The position numbers were made by a program, and so were the translations under genes. Shown one piece after another: positions 51,296-64,000 of a stretch of 64,000 nucleotides of DNA (position 1 is the first letter of the stretch; each line of letters opens with the position of its first letter). Below the pieces are notes generated by a model, which saw nothing but the letters and a program-made list of their open reading frames with translations, did not search any database and was not told where the DNA came from. The DNA comes from the human T2T-CHM13v2.0 reference genome, Homo sapiens: the NCBI RefSeq assembly GCF_009914755.1, contig NC_060929.1, one strand, 5' to 3'.

Positions 51296-54200
51296 GCTGA
51301 GGAGAGACTGATACCACCAATTCATTCACTATAAATTCTCCCAAGAACTGCAGGTTGGGAATGGTTATAGTTTACTCTGAAACCTCTAGAATTTTAAAAT
51401 AGTCTCAACTCATTTCTGTTTAAATAGATCTCACCAAAAAATTCTAGGTGGTACTGGTTGGCCTGGTGAAAACAGCTTAGCCATACTGACCTCATCTTAG
51501 CCGGTCAATGATGGATGAATAATGCTGTCATATAGGCCATTTCCTCTCTCCTGTGTGCACACCACTGAGTCCAATTGGTCAGAAACCTTCCGACTTTGTG
51601 GAAGTGGTTTGTGGTCAAACCCAGCAGTTCAAACAGTAAATTTTATTGAAATGTCTTGCCTTGACAGTCCAGTTTTAATAGTTAACCCAAACTCAAATGA
51701 AGTTGTCTCTTCTTCCTTGAACCCATATGGCTCTCATTAAACCTTTAAGATTATGTTCTTATTACAAAGGGAATGTAAATCATGCTGGATCTCTAGATCT
51801 TATGTTTTATCAATATCTTGAAGCTTAATTCAAACCACCCTTTATAAAAGAGAAGGGAAAACACAATTTCAGACTTAATAGCCTTGTAGTTACATGTTAA
51901 TTTTTAATCCCCAAATTTGAGTTGCCTTTGATAACACTTATCCCTACTATGAATGGTCATATAACTAATTATTATTAAAAAGGTTTCAGAACCAGTGTTC
52001 TAAGGAAGTTGTAAGGATAAGATAATTTCAGATGATAAAAAAAAACTGATGAAAAGGATTAAACTTTCTAATAAAGTTACTAGAGATAAAACAGGTATAG
52101 CAATATCTCACCAAAGCATAGCTCTCACCCCCAAGCCCACCCCCCCAAATAAAAGATGATAATGGCCAATCACTTTCAATAAAACTTTTAAAAAATAAAA
52201 AAACCTCTTTAGTGCAGTTAGCTTTTTAGGCCTTATGGTAAGCAACACATTGTAAGGAAACACATTAAAAAAAAAAAAGAATGATCTCATTGGTGATATA
52301 TGCACTTTTCATGTCCCGTAACCAGTTACTTCCTAGTATGCCATTTGCCTTCAGCCTTCAGTTCTGTCTGTGATGAACTGGGATACAATTGCTGTATTAA
52401 GAATGTCCTTCCCTTCCTGTCCAAGTTATTCCAATTCCAAGTGGTCTCTAGACTTCTCTTCTGTTAGGGGGAGACAGATTTGTACATACGTGTATATGTG
52501 CACTCACACAGGAATGTAGCTAACCTCCATTTCTAAACGCATTGCTTTAAAGAAGAAGAAAAACTGTCATACATCAGCTTTTAGAAAATTTGTTTATTTC
52601 CAAATATCTATAGAGATGCTACAAGGGCTTGCACTCTTATAAGATTTTAAGGCATGTTCATTCTACCCAGAATACACCTGGCATTTTATATGACAAAAGA
52701 ATGGTCATTCTAGGTGCCTCCTGTTTTCCAGAAACCTAGTGTTCTGGCTAATCTTAGAGCTTCTTCACTCTTCATTCATCATAGATGCTCCAAATTACTG
52801 GGATTTTTAATAAAAGAATTTAGGATAAAGAGTGAAAGTGGCAGAATTTGGATTATTCTTCAGGCTTTCAGTGGAATTCTTAGACTCTTAAGTTATAACT
52901 ATTGTTTTAGGCATTTTACCCCACATACAAATGCTCTTGTGAAGAGTAGCAATATTGTTTATTTTCTTTAGAATGGAACATTTTAAATTTTTAGCCTCCT
53001 TTTTAAAAATGTAGAGCATCTTTTAAATCTTAAATATATTTCAGCCAGTTCCAAAAGTTGGACTGTTTAAGTATTTTTAGTAGATAACACTCAAAATATC
53101 AGAAGTGATGTGAAAATCAAGAATTTCTAAAGTGCCGTGTATGTCTTATATCTTAGTAAGTTCATTGCCTCATTCTCATTACTTTCTGTGAATGCTAAAC
53201 TGATTCTTTTAGTCTTTCACCTGTATCATCCACAGTTCCTTCCATTTAATGTTGCCCAATTCTGGTTCTGCCTTATCCATGAAACTAGATATGACCTAGT
53301 ATACCCATTGTATATTAGGTGCATATAAACTTACTAAATGACAGGCAGTAACTACTCTGGTAATACCCACCTTCAAACAAGAACAAATCCTTCTTCCAAA
53401 AGAAACAAGTTCTTAAATGCCAACCTACATCTTTGGCCTGTGTTTTTTACTCCCATGATCTATTTATTGCAATTTTCTTATTTAAATATAGAATAAGCTT
53501 AAATATAGAGCAATTTTGTATATCTTTCCTATAGCAACCAAAAAAAAAAAAAAGACAAATGAGTGGTCAGAAAGAATAGAAATCACATCTGTATTCCCCT
53601 CAGAAACTAGACATAGAAAAGTTATATTTGAACCATTTCTAGGTCTATGAACCACTCCTTTCCTTCCCTCCCTTTCAAGTTTCAAGAGTCACTTGAGTGG
53701 ACAAAAGAAAACAAAGGATGGTCTCCCTTTAGCCATAGTACAGGGAAGGAAAGGAGGACTATGAGGTCATCTACAAAATGGTGATGATAATAATAGTGCC
53801 TACTCATGAGCTTGGTGTGATGATTAAAGGAAACGATGCCTGACAATGGTGTAAGTACTCAATAGATATCACTGAGACTGTCAAAGAGGCTGGCTAAGAA
53901 CGTTGAAGCAAAGAGTTGGAACCTACCATCTGTTTGTATTATAAATTATGTTGACAGCATCTTAAATGATTTGGGAAACATTTATTTGGAGGAGTATCCA
54001 GTAAACTACTAAGCTGAATCTATACCTACTAAACATTAACCAAAGATTTTCCTGATTGTGTTATCCCTACCATTTTGTCAAAATCTTCTTGAGGCTTTAC
54101 AATGCATTCTGTATCGTAGGGCAGAAGGGCATTCCAAGAAGTCGAAATTTCAGAAATGTATGACCTGTGAGTCTTCCTGCAAATGTGGTTGTAACTTTTA

Positions 54201-55164
54201 GTCTGGGCAAATTCTTACTAGTCTTTGTACACTAGAGTTTCTATACAAATACACATATGTGCTTCTTGTAGGGCAAGGATGTCTCAAGGCTCAACCTCAT
54301 TTTCATATCATTAGTTATTAAGATCACTGCAGCAGCTTATATAGTTTCATTGCATCAATTTCCCAAACAGTACTTTAGGCTTGATACCTACCCAGTACCT
54401 GCCAATGTTACAGAATAGTTTTAGTTATTATAATAGTTGTTCTTTTCATCAGTAACAAAAGGATATACAGTTCATCTGTCTGTACTCACATTTTGCTGAA
54501 AACAATATAAAAGAGCCTGAAAAGCACATAGTTCCTTTTTTCTTTTGTAATCCTAGCATTAATGTGTGCAGCTGTCCATGTGAAATACCAAAAATTAATT
54601 GAACATGAAAAATATTTTTAAACTAAAGATACAAGGAAACAAACACTTATTATATACATTTTTTATGACAGACATTTACACCCAACAGTTTTATGAAGGA
54701 GGTCCTATTATTACAGTTTTATAGATGAAGTTACTGTGGCCCAGATAATTTAAGTAACTTGCCCAAAGTTATACGGCTAGTATATAGGAGAATTGGGATT
54801 TGTACCCAGGTTTGTTTGATTCCAGTATGCACACCAGTTCTTTCCCCTACACAGTACTGTCTTATTAATTTTACCTTTGGAAAAATACAAAAGGATATAT
54901 ATTCTGTGGAATTATAGCTAAAGAGCATATTAAAAGTAGAACAAAAGAAAACTAATTTGAAGGTGAAAAACCATTCAGTGGAAATAACTAATCACAATGC
55001 CTGCTGCCAGTTTGGTAGATTCAGGTATTAAAACATGAAACCCCTGTACACTGGAGTCAACAAGTTCTTTGTGAACCGTTATTGATTTGACTGGGTAGGG
55101 GTGGGTAAGGGGGTTTTGAAATCTTTGAGTCAGTTGAATATTGTGAACTCTTCTTTCCCTGAAG

Positions 55165-55368
55165 AAGCCGAGGCAGTTGTTGAAACCAAAATGGAGAACA
55201 AACCCACCTCCTCAGAATTGCAGAAGATGCAAGAGAAACAGAAACTGATCAAAGAGCCAGGCTCGGGAGTGCCTGTTGTTCTCATTACAACCCTTCTGGT
55301 TATTCCGGTGGTTGTCCTGCTGGCCATTGCCATATTTATTCGGTGGAAAAAATCAAGGGCCTTTGGAG
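55165..55368 (+). CDS. PAM: PAM transmembrane exon (EAEAVVETK...VPVVLITTLLVIPVVVLLAIAIFIRWKKSRAFG)
   Basis: Acceptor ccctgaag|, non-canonical donor G|gcaagt; 204 nt, symmetric phase. Confidence 0.95.
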
Positions 55369-58218
55369 GCAAGTAAAATGAGCCCCGTGAACTTGGAACC
55401 TGCCTTTGAAAGAGTGTTTGGCCTAATTATCCTCAGGAGTTTGATTGGGATTTTTTTCACTGTATTTGTTTTTTTGTTTTTAATGCTCTCTACCATTTTT
55501 GACATTATTGTCTATGTTCCAAATATTGCCCCTAGTTAATATCACAGTACAAAATAGTATCTGGAGACTCTGAAATTTGGATAGTTAGATTAAAATATAA
55601 CCTTTAATACTATCTTTTAGCAATTGGCTTAAGTCCAATTAATGAGTCCATACGAAATTGTAGGTAGTAGAGTCAGTATAAATTAGCTGAAGGATCAGAG
55701 GAGGAGATACCTGCTGTTAGGAAGAGGCCCAGTCCTCAAAGTACCTGGGTCAGTTTTTCAGGTTGTGTTTTTCTCCCATTAGGCTCCTAGCTACATGACC
55801 ATGGGCAAGTTACTTAATCTCTCCAGACCAGTTTTCTCATAAAAAAGTGGGGATAAAATAGTTACCTTACAAGGTTGTACAAAGATGAAATAATGTACAT
55901 AAGCATTTATCAGGATACCTGGAACCTAGGAAGTACTCAATACCACCAATGGTTATGATGAATAATCATTGGTAATAAAGTAACAAAAGGCATAAGAAGT
56001 TATAAAAAACACTTGTCTTAAACCTTAGTTTTCAAGAAAAATTAATTCTATAACAAACCATTTGATAGTTTTTGAATAGTCATAATTTAGATCATCAGCC
56101 TTCCATAACTGAACAAGGCAGAGTCCAATACCAGAGTTAGTATTTTATGAAATCATTATCACAATATAGGATCCAAGAGCTGAGTTTATTTTAGGACATC
56201 TAAATAAATAAACAACCCAATTCATGTTTCTTACCGCTCAGTAGCAGTCCCTTGGCTGGGTCCCCAGGTCCTAGAGCAAGTCTATAGCTGTGTGTGGGAA
56301 GAAATCCATGGACCAGGGAGAGGGGGAGCATTTCATCAAGAAACAGCATCTGATCCTATTTCAGGTCAAGGCAGCCATGGCAGGGATTCAGTGCCCTTGG
56401 CAAAGCCCTGACACAGAAAAAGGCATGGAAACAGAAAACAGAAAATTCAGTTTAATATGTTGTAAAAGGGAATTTTTATTAGACTTTATTTTGCTTTTCA
56501 TGTGCCATCAATAAATCTCTACAAAAATATAGTTAACTCTTCCCAAAAAGGATTTCTATTAAGTCCATGTTACAGATCTGGAACTGTCATAAGTAGGGGC
56601 AAAGAGAAATAAACATAGTCATTGTCTTCATGGTGTTATATAGATGCTTCAAAAGAGCAAGAATCCATATCTTGAGTATTGATATGTCCCCAGCACAAAT
56701 AATAGTTTCTGATACTAGTGGTTTAATAAATTGTTGTTGAAAGAATGAATGAATAAATCAACCGAGCTCACAGAATAGATAACATATGAAAGAGACATGA
56801 AACAAAAAAGTTATAGTAGAGGGTGGTAAGTGCAGTGATAAATACACAGAGTAGTAGGAACAGTGGGGCCTAGGGGAAGGTGGCAGGAATTGTGGTAACC
56901 AACCCAATCTGGCAGAAGCAGTGGCTAGGGAATAAGGAAGATTTGGTCTCTCCTGTTTGTTGTTAAGCACATGTGACACAGCACTGTTACATGATGCTGA
57001 CTTTACAGGAATGTGTTAGGAAGGTAGAGACCCAGGTAGAACCCTAGAAAATTGCCATTATTTGACCGTGTTTTACTTAGAAAAATTGCAGTTTCATATG
57101 TAGTAGTAGTAGATCAGCTTCTCACTTTTTTTCTGAATTTGTTCTTGATAGATCTTATCCAGTCTAAGGTTATTAAAAACCCTAATGGACCTTCCATTTA
57201 TTCATCATTCCTTATTATGTATTGACTCCATATCAGACACTGTGCTAGGCACATGGGGATACAAAACTAAGGAATGTCCTTGCAGAACTTACAATCTAAT
57301 TTGTTGGCTTTCTAACAGTCTTACCAGATTCTTCTTCCCTTCTTGCCTATTTCTTTCCACATCACTGTCTTCTCCCTTTCCTCTCATCTGTGCTATCTTT
57401 TTCCATGATGCTGACTTCAGTCCTGGTTAAAGACCTAACAGGACAACCCCAGGCCTGACTTTCCTGACCATAGCCCTTGAGGGAGTGATGAAGCCTGGGA
57501 AATAGTACAGGGAGAGACACAGCAAGGGAAAAAATGAAACCCATTGGGAGTTCTGTCTCCCCATAAGGAAAGAGAGTCTGTCCTTTATGGAGATAGGCAG
57601 TCCTGTTGGGAACATTTAGGTCACCTACTATGCTTGGAAAATACTCAGGGTGTCATGTGCTTTCCCTTCACTTATGTCTTACATAAAGAAGAAACGATAT
57701 ACATGGATCCAAAGCTTTCTCAAGCAAGATACGTACTGTCAGTAGAAAGAGTAAAGCTGAAGGCAAATATCCCTAAATTGTCATAACCAAAGATGGAAAA
57801 ATTTTATAAATTATTAATAACATTTCCTGATTAAAAAAATAGCTATGATTTATTGAGCATTTACTGTATATCTATAGGTAGTGTTCTAAATGTGTCACAT
57901 GCAGTGTCTGATCTCAGCCTTACAGACAGGGATTCTCCTTGACCTTTCTTTTGTCAGAGGAGAAAACTGAAGCTCAGAGAAGTAATTTATCAAGACTGCA
58001 CAGCCAGTAAGAGACACGGGCAGGAGTCAAACCCAGCTTGGGCCCTTTATGTATGTCTCAGAAATATACCGCCTTTCTTAAAAATTAGAATTGCATACAG
58101 ACAAGAGCCAGGCCTTGCTTTATCATTTACCAGTTCCTATTTTAAGTTGGAAGTTGAGTGCATGGGTTGAGAAAGATGACTGGGACTCATTTTGAAATGT
58201 GCCATCTTTTTTTAGCAG

Positions 58219-58272
58219 ATTCTGAACACAAACTCGAGACGAGTTCAGGAAGAGTACTGGGAAGATTTAGAG
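58219..58272 (+). CDS. PAM: PAM cytosolic exon (DSEHKLETSSGRVLGRFR)
   Basis: Tandem acceptor tag|cag| (alternative start 58216), donor G|gtatgc; 54 nt. Confidence 0.95.
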
Positions 58273-58920
58273 GTATGCCTATGACCTTTTAGAACCCTTC
58301 ATGTTTGGTTCAAAGTCAACAAGCACATGTCTTTTAAAAAGCAAGGAGATATTTCATATTTTGTCTCTGAAGATAAAGCACCTTGTATGCAGCTTAGCAT
58401 CTCCCAGAGTAAATACAGAATGCACACCATAAACTAAACTGAAGTGCATGGGTCTGGCAGCAGATTTCCCAGTTTTATTTTTCCCATTCTGCATTATCTA
58501 ATTCTCTTCCCCTGCCTTTTACCTGGCTTCATTTGTCTTCAGCAAATTTTCTGTCACTCCTGTTGGCATGTCAATGTTTGTCATAGTAAAGATGACCTTT
58601 TCTTAAAGTCATTGAAATGAGGAGCTGCTCCAGGGAGGCTAGTTCTGGATAGAGAGCTAGAGAAAAGCAGGAGGTGAAAGTGAATATGAAATATTCCTGC
58701 AGAAATACATAATACTTGGGAGCTTTTGTTTTTCTTCTTTAATAGTAGCATCTATATGGCTCTGTAGGATACGTCTCTGTCTGTTTTTCTATTTTATTTT
58801 TAAATAAAATAATCTCCCCTTTCCCATCCCCACCTTCTGACTTTATCATTTAAGAATTTACAAGGTAACAGACATTGCTGCAAACTTTACCCAATTCTGT
58901 TATTGTTTGCTTTTTTTCAG

Positions 58921-59099
58921 GAAAGGGAAGTGGAGGCTTAAACCTTGGTAATTTCTTTGCAAGCCGTAAGGGCTACAGTCGAAAAGGGTTTGACCGGCTT
59001 AGCACTGAGGGCAGTGACCAAGAGAAAGAGGATGATGGAAGTGAATCAGAAGAGGAGTATTCAGCACCTCTGCCTGCGCTCGCACCTTCCTCCTCCTGA
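58921..59099 (+). CDS. PAM: PAM last coding exon (GKGSGGLNLGNFFASRKGYSRKGFDRLSTEGSDQEKEDD...APSSS*)
   Basis: Acceptor ttttcag|, TGA at 59097-59099; acidic trafficking tail. Confidence 0.98.
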
Positions 59100-59755
59100 A
59101 AACCAAGCTTTGATTTAGATTGAGTAAGATTTACCCAGAATGTCAGATTCCTTTCCCTTTAGCACGTTTAAAGTTCTGTGTATTTAATTGTAAACTGTAC
59201 TAGTCTGTGTGGGACTGTACACACTTTATTTACTTCGTTTTGGTTAAGTTGGCTTCTGTTTCTAGTTGAGGAGTTTCCTAAAAGTTCATAACAGTGCCAT
59301 TGTCTTTATATGAACATAGACTAGAGAAACCGTCCTCTTTTTCCATCATAATTCTAATCTAACAATGGAAGATTTGCCCATTTACACTTTTGAGACTTTT
59401 TGGTGGATGTAAATAACCCCATTCTTTGCTTGAACACAGTATTTTCCCAATAGCACTTTCATTGCCAGTGTCTTTCTTTGGTGCCTTTCCTGTTCAGCAT
59501 TCTTAGCCTGTGGCAGTAAAGAGAAACTTTGTGCTACATGACGACAAAGCTGCTAAATCTCCTATTTTTTTAAAATCACTAACATTATATTGCAATGAAG
59601 GAAATAAAAAAGTCTCTATTTAAATTCTTTTTTAAATTTTCTTCAGTTGGTGTGTTTTTGGGATGTCTTATTTTTAGATGGTTACACTGTTAGAACACTA
59701 TTTTCAGAATCTGAATGTAATTTGTGTAATAAAGTGTTTTCAGAGCATTAGCTGT
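59100..59755 (+). other. PAM: PAM 3' UTR (proximal form)
   Basis: Follows the stop codon; end inferred from AATAAA at 59728. Confidence 0.7.
59728..59733 (+). terminator. Poly(A) signal AATAAA (likely main PAM site); another AATAAA at 59603-59608
   Basis: Upstream TGTA elements and downstream GT/T-rich sequence. Confidence 0.65.
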
Positions 59756-60122
59756 CAGTGTATTTTCCAGTTTTTGCGTATTTGCAGATTTTACATACAA
59801 CTTTTATAATAATTACACAAACCCACAAATATTAGTGAAACTTACTCGATGTCTTCAACTAAAAGAAATGTGTGTATTGTACAAAATTTAGAAGATACTT
59901 TAGCCAATATAAATTAAAAACCAGCCTGAGTTTACATAAATTTGTAAAGTCAGGCTCTTCTAAAATCCAAAGAGGGTTTTTGCCTATATATCAATCAGAG
60001 GATAAATACTTTAATAAAAGGTAATCACAGCTAAGTGGATACCTGTGTCTCAAATTACATATGCAAATGATCCATCAGTAGGGATCACTAATAATAGTTT
60101 TCCTTTTAAAAAATAATTTCAG

Positions 60123-60300
60123 GGCAGGTACAGTGGCTCAAGCCTATACTTCCAGGACTTTGGGAGGCCAAGCAGAAGGATTGTGGGAGGCCAAGCAGAA
60201 GGATTGTTTGAGCCCAGAAATTCAAGGCTGCAGTGAGCTATGATCAATCCACTGTACTCCAGCCTAGGCTACAGAGTGAGATCCTTTCTCTAAAATAAAA
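60123..60300 (+). mobile_element. Alu monomer (FRAM/FLAM-like) with an internal 23-bp tandem duplication
   Basis: tgggaggccaagcagaaggattg repeated at 60161-60183 and 60184-60206. Confidence 0.8.
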
Positions 60301-61454
60301 TACAATTTCCATGTATCCATAGGAATATATTCATCTTTTACAGTGATTGCAGATTAGTTTTAAAACGTCTTTTTCGTAATTCGTCAATGCAAGTTAGTAA
60401 GAACCAGATAATTTTCCATTTTAAAATGATAGGAATCTAAAACTCTTTTTCAAAAATGCCAACCTGTTTTTCCGGCATCATAGTAGTTGGAATAATACAG
60501 ATATAATTGACTAATCATAAAGTACATGAGAGTACAGAAGGGAAATTTGGAAACGGTAAGTCTGCTAGGGCATTACAATCCTGTCCTAGCACTCCACCTT
60601 TATTCTGCCAACCTGGGTTAATTAAAGATGGTAGCCTGGAAAGTAATGAATGACATTGACTTCAGGCAATCTTTCCACTGATTATTCTTGGCTGAACTTC
60701 ATTTATCGAGTCAGAGAATGCACTGCCTGAGAAATGTCCCAGAGGAGTGAATCCTAGGCCTGGCCACAGTAGAATCGCCTGGAGAATTTAAGAAAAAAAT
60801 TGTTGGGCACTCACTCTTTCCAGTGATCTTTATTTAGTTGGCTTACAATGGAATACAGGTATGGTTCATGTTTTTAAATTTGTCCAGGTGTTTCTATTGT
60901 GCAGTCACAGTTGAAAACCATTGTCTTCGAGAATAGCTATTCTATCTTGCCAGTTACAATAAGTGGATAGCTATATTTTCACATAAATTATAGTTTACAG
61001 ATGTTTGGAGGGGGAAGACAGGATCTGAGGTGTTTTGATATGACTGTTAGCACCAAAATCTGAATGCCTTAATTGTTGAATGTGTTAAATTGGATAATTA
61101 AAATGGGCATAAATGACTTATTAAAAAAGCAAAGGGAAACAGCTGTGCTTTCATTTTTTCTTCTATTAAAGTACCTTGAAAATTTGATTTGGGAGAGTTA
61201 AAAGAATAGCTTGTCATTCACTGAATTGGCCCTGAATTATCATTTGCATAAAATCTTTTGTTCTAAGCTTTCCTCTTTAGTTTATTAAATCAGCATATTA
61301 TTTTTCAAAATTACCGTGCATCTTTTAACTCTCATCCAGATGTTATATAAAATCAAATATTTAGGAAACTGAATGACAATTAAATCCATAGAATCTGTAT
61401 TAGTGCTTGTTTCCCAGACTGTCACCTACATGTAGCTCAAAGTTGATGTAGCCT

Positions 61455-61650
61455 GTAGCAATACGTCTCAAACTTTAATGTGGGTAAGAATCAACTGTGA
61501 GTACTTATTTTAGAAGTACTAATTTGGTCCCTTTCCCATAGTTTCTGATTCACTGCACTGGGTGGGTCCTAGAAATCTACATTTTTAAGAAGCATTCCTG
61601 GTGATTTGAATTCAGGTGTTCCATGGTTCATCTCCAAGAAACATAGTGCT
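61455..61650. mobile_element. MER5-like DNA transposon remnant
   Basis: tctcaaactttaatg...ctgattca...cctagaaatctacattttt...ggtgatttga. Confidence 0.6.
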
Positions 61651-62346
61651 ACAGAGAGTAGCTGAACTTTAAAACATTCTTAGGCACAGGAAGTTAATAT
61701 TCTCAAAGATGTGGTCTCTGTAGAGTGATGGTTAGGCCTAGAAGTCATCAACCCCAGTGCCTCAAACTCAATTCATGAAAAATCCCATATGCAAATTATC
61801 TTCAGGGCCAGAACTTAGCAGCAGCTTCTTCCTTTAGTCCCCTGATGCTCTTTATTCCACTAGGGAAATAACTTAGGTGCATAGAAAGGCCACTAGTGGC
61901 CTCCCTAGAGGCCTCCTTTTTATTTTTGAATCACATCTAAAGGCTAGAATAAGCAAATCTATTTGGAGTGTTTTTATAGTATCATGATTTAATTAAAAGA
62001 ACTTAATCATTGATGATGGTAAATATGATTCCTGTTCATAGCCTTAAAAATTTTGAAACACCAAAACACAAAGATGTCTATCACATATCCAAAGTACTGA
62101 TATAAAAAAAGGACGTGAATTTTTCTGGGTTTCAAAATTGAGTATACACTGTACTATCATACAGAAAGGATTTACCAATGAAAACCTGGTTTAAAAAAAG
62201 TGCTCTTATTCAGATATACCAAGATATAATACAAAATAGGAGCTTATAAAAAACAAGTATGACAATAGAACTCTTTTTGTTTTTGAACAAAAATGCATTT
62301 TATACAAACTCCCTTAAAATGAATAAGTCATATAAGAATGCTGTAT

Positions 62347-63105
62347 TTGAGGACACTGTGCCAGTCTGGTGTTAGCTTCCAGCCCTCATTGTGGAAGGTG
62401 ACAGCAGTCATGGTGATATTTGAGCAGATGAGAGCCAATGTGGGCATGTTGCTCCAGGGTATCAACAGGAACAATCCTGAGAAGCTGGCCACCCTGGAGT
62501 GCTACGTGGAGATGCAGGCCAAGGACACTGCCTATGATCTGGAAGCCAACCCAGTTGTCCTGAAGCTGTACCAGTCCAACCCAGCGTTTTTTCAGACCAC
62601 GGACACTGCCCAGATCCAGCTGAAGGCCCTCACCAACCTGCCACATACCAACTTCACCCCGTGTAAGTGCATGATTGGCCAGGCACATCAAGAAGAGTGG
62701 CCATCTGACAGATTTTGTATCTCAAGGACCTGCTGGAGACCAGCCTCTTTCAGGCCTTCTGGGAAGCCCTGGATGAAAACGTGGACCTCTTGGAAGGTAT
62801 AACTGGCTTTGAAGACTCTGTCTGAATGTGTATCTGCCCTGTCGTGGGTATCACTTACCAGCACATCGACCACTGGCTGCTGGCCGAGATGCCTGGGTAT
62901 CTGTCGGACAGCCAGCTGAAGGTGTGGATGAGAAAATACACCTGGAGGGCTGATGAGTCCCAGCAGATCTTCATCTGTAGCCAGGAAGAGAACATTAAGC
63001 CCAAGAACCCTGTGGAGAAGATAGACTTTGACAGTGTGTCCAGCATCATGGCCTTCTTCCAGTAACTGCAGGTGTTTAATAAAGATTTGTTGACTTAAAA
63101 AAAAA
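62347..63105 (+). pseudogene. EIF3KP1: Processed pseudogene of EIF3K (likely EIF3KP1)
   Basis: Intronless eIF3k homology (FEQMRANVG..YDLEAN..LKALTNLPHT..EKIDFDSVSSIMA); ATG 62410, TAA 63063-63065, frameshift near 62704, CGA>TGA at 62706 and 62823, AATAAA 63078, poly(A) 63097-63105, degenerate TSD aagaatgctgtat/aagaatattatat; the P1 number is from memory. Confidence 0.93.
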
Positions 63106-63799
63106 GAATATTATATAATTCTTCATGCCTTCAAAATATACATATATTGTCTAGAAAACTGATGGGTAAGTTGAGTCCTTTCTGATGCTAGTTCTAGCCT
63201 CGTACTCCTTTGCCTAATAATTTTACCTTCTCAGCAGGAGATTTCTCATGATGAAAACTCCCTGTAGTTGTGATTCTCTGCTTTGTTTATTTGGTAATTA
63301 ACTTGTCCTCTGTAATTGGAAGAGTGTCAACCATGCATGTAGCTAGAACAACACAATTGCACTGGTTCTTACAACTCACTTATACTTCCAGATAAGGAGA
63401 CAGCATTATTCAATAGAATGGCCCAGTCTTAGCCATTCTTTTGAGTTTGCAAAGAACACTGGGTTAAGGTCAGAAAAGATCTGAAATTTTGAGTTCTAGA
63501 TTTGATTATTTTACATACCATTGTCTTAGGCTTCTTTAGTAATCACAAACAAATTCAAACAGGCTTAAGAACTAAACATGTTCTTGTTATAAATTCTTGT
63601 TATTAAGAATTACTATATAATAAATGAGGAAAATAACAATTTATCAATAAAAAATATTGTTTGATTCATATAACTGAAAAGCCCAGGCATGGCTAGATCC
63701 AGAGACTCAGATGAAACAAACAGGATTTGGCTTCCCTCTCAGTTTGGCTTGCTTCTATATAGGGTTTACCTTCATTCAGACTCTCCACATATGTGGTAA

Positions 63800-64000
63800 T
63801 GTCAGAGGATCCAGCCCGGATCCCATGCCTGCCAAGGGCAAGCCAGGCACAGAGCAGCAAGGGGTGCATGAGTGAGCGAGTATGGGGTCCGGCCACTGCG
63901 CACTGCCAGGTATGCTGGCTGTAGCAGGGCAGGTAGCTCTCAGTGCTGGCACAGGTACTGGCTCCCTGCAAGGCTGCAGCTGCACCAGGCATACCACAAA
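63800..64000. mobile_element. Probable ERV LTR start, running off the window
   Basis: Abrupt GC-rich segment beginning tgtca, resembling ERV1-class LTRs; family not determined. Confidence 0.4.

Noticed and set aside
61887-61902. 16-bp palindrome aggccactagtggcct
   Set aside because: Short and isolated; does not fit the CTCF spacing
62338-63065. Functional EIF3K paralogue
   Set aside because: Frameshift, two premature TGA codons, poly(A) remnant and TSD indicate a processed pseudogene

Overview
This window is human (or very close great-ape) genomic DNA covering the 3' half of PAM (peptidylglycine alpha-amidating monooxygenase) on the + strand. Twelve coding exons were assembled by hand: optional linker exon A, the PAL lyase exons, the transmembrane exon, the cytosolic-tail exons and the stop at 59097-59099. 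They splice into one open frame of 586 residues, equal to G388-S973 of PAM-1 as recalled. The 3' UTR and a processed EIF3K pseudogene follow. Introns carry the usual repeats (Alu, L1, THE1/MLT1 LTRs, MER DNA transposons, MIR, L3, microsatellites), and almost all ORFs in the supplied track are spurious. I see no new gene system. The most unusual signal is a 228-bp, near-identical inverted copy (41080-41307) of a complete PAL exon with both splice sites (35158-35385). It sits inside an intronic L1 about 5.7 kb downstream, has complex junction repeats, and could base-pair with the real exon in the pre-mRNA. A second inverted local copy (104 bp, inside a THE1 LTR) and several fold-back insertions or hairpins suggest repeated templated-insertion repair at this locus. 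All alignments and repeat calls were made by eye; subfamily names and repeat edges are approximate.
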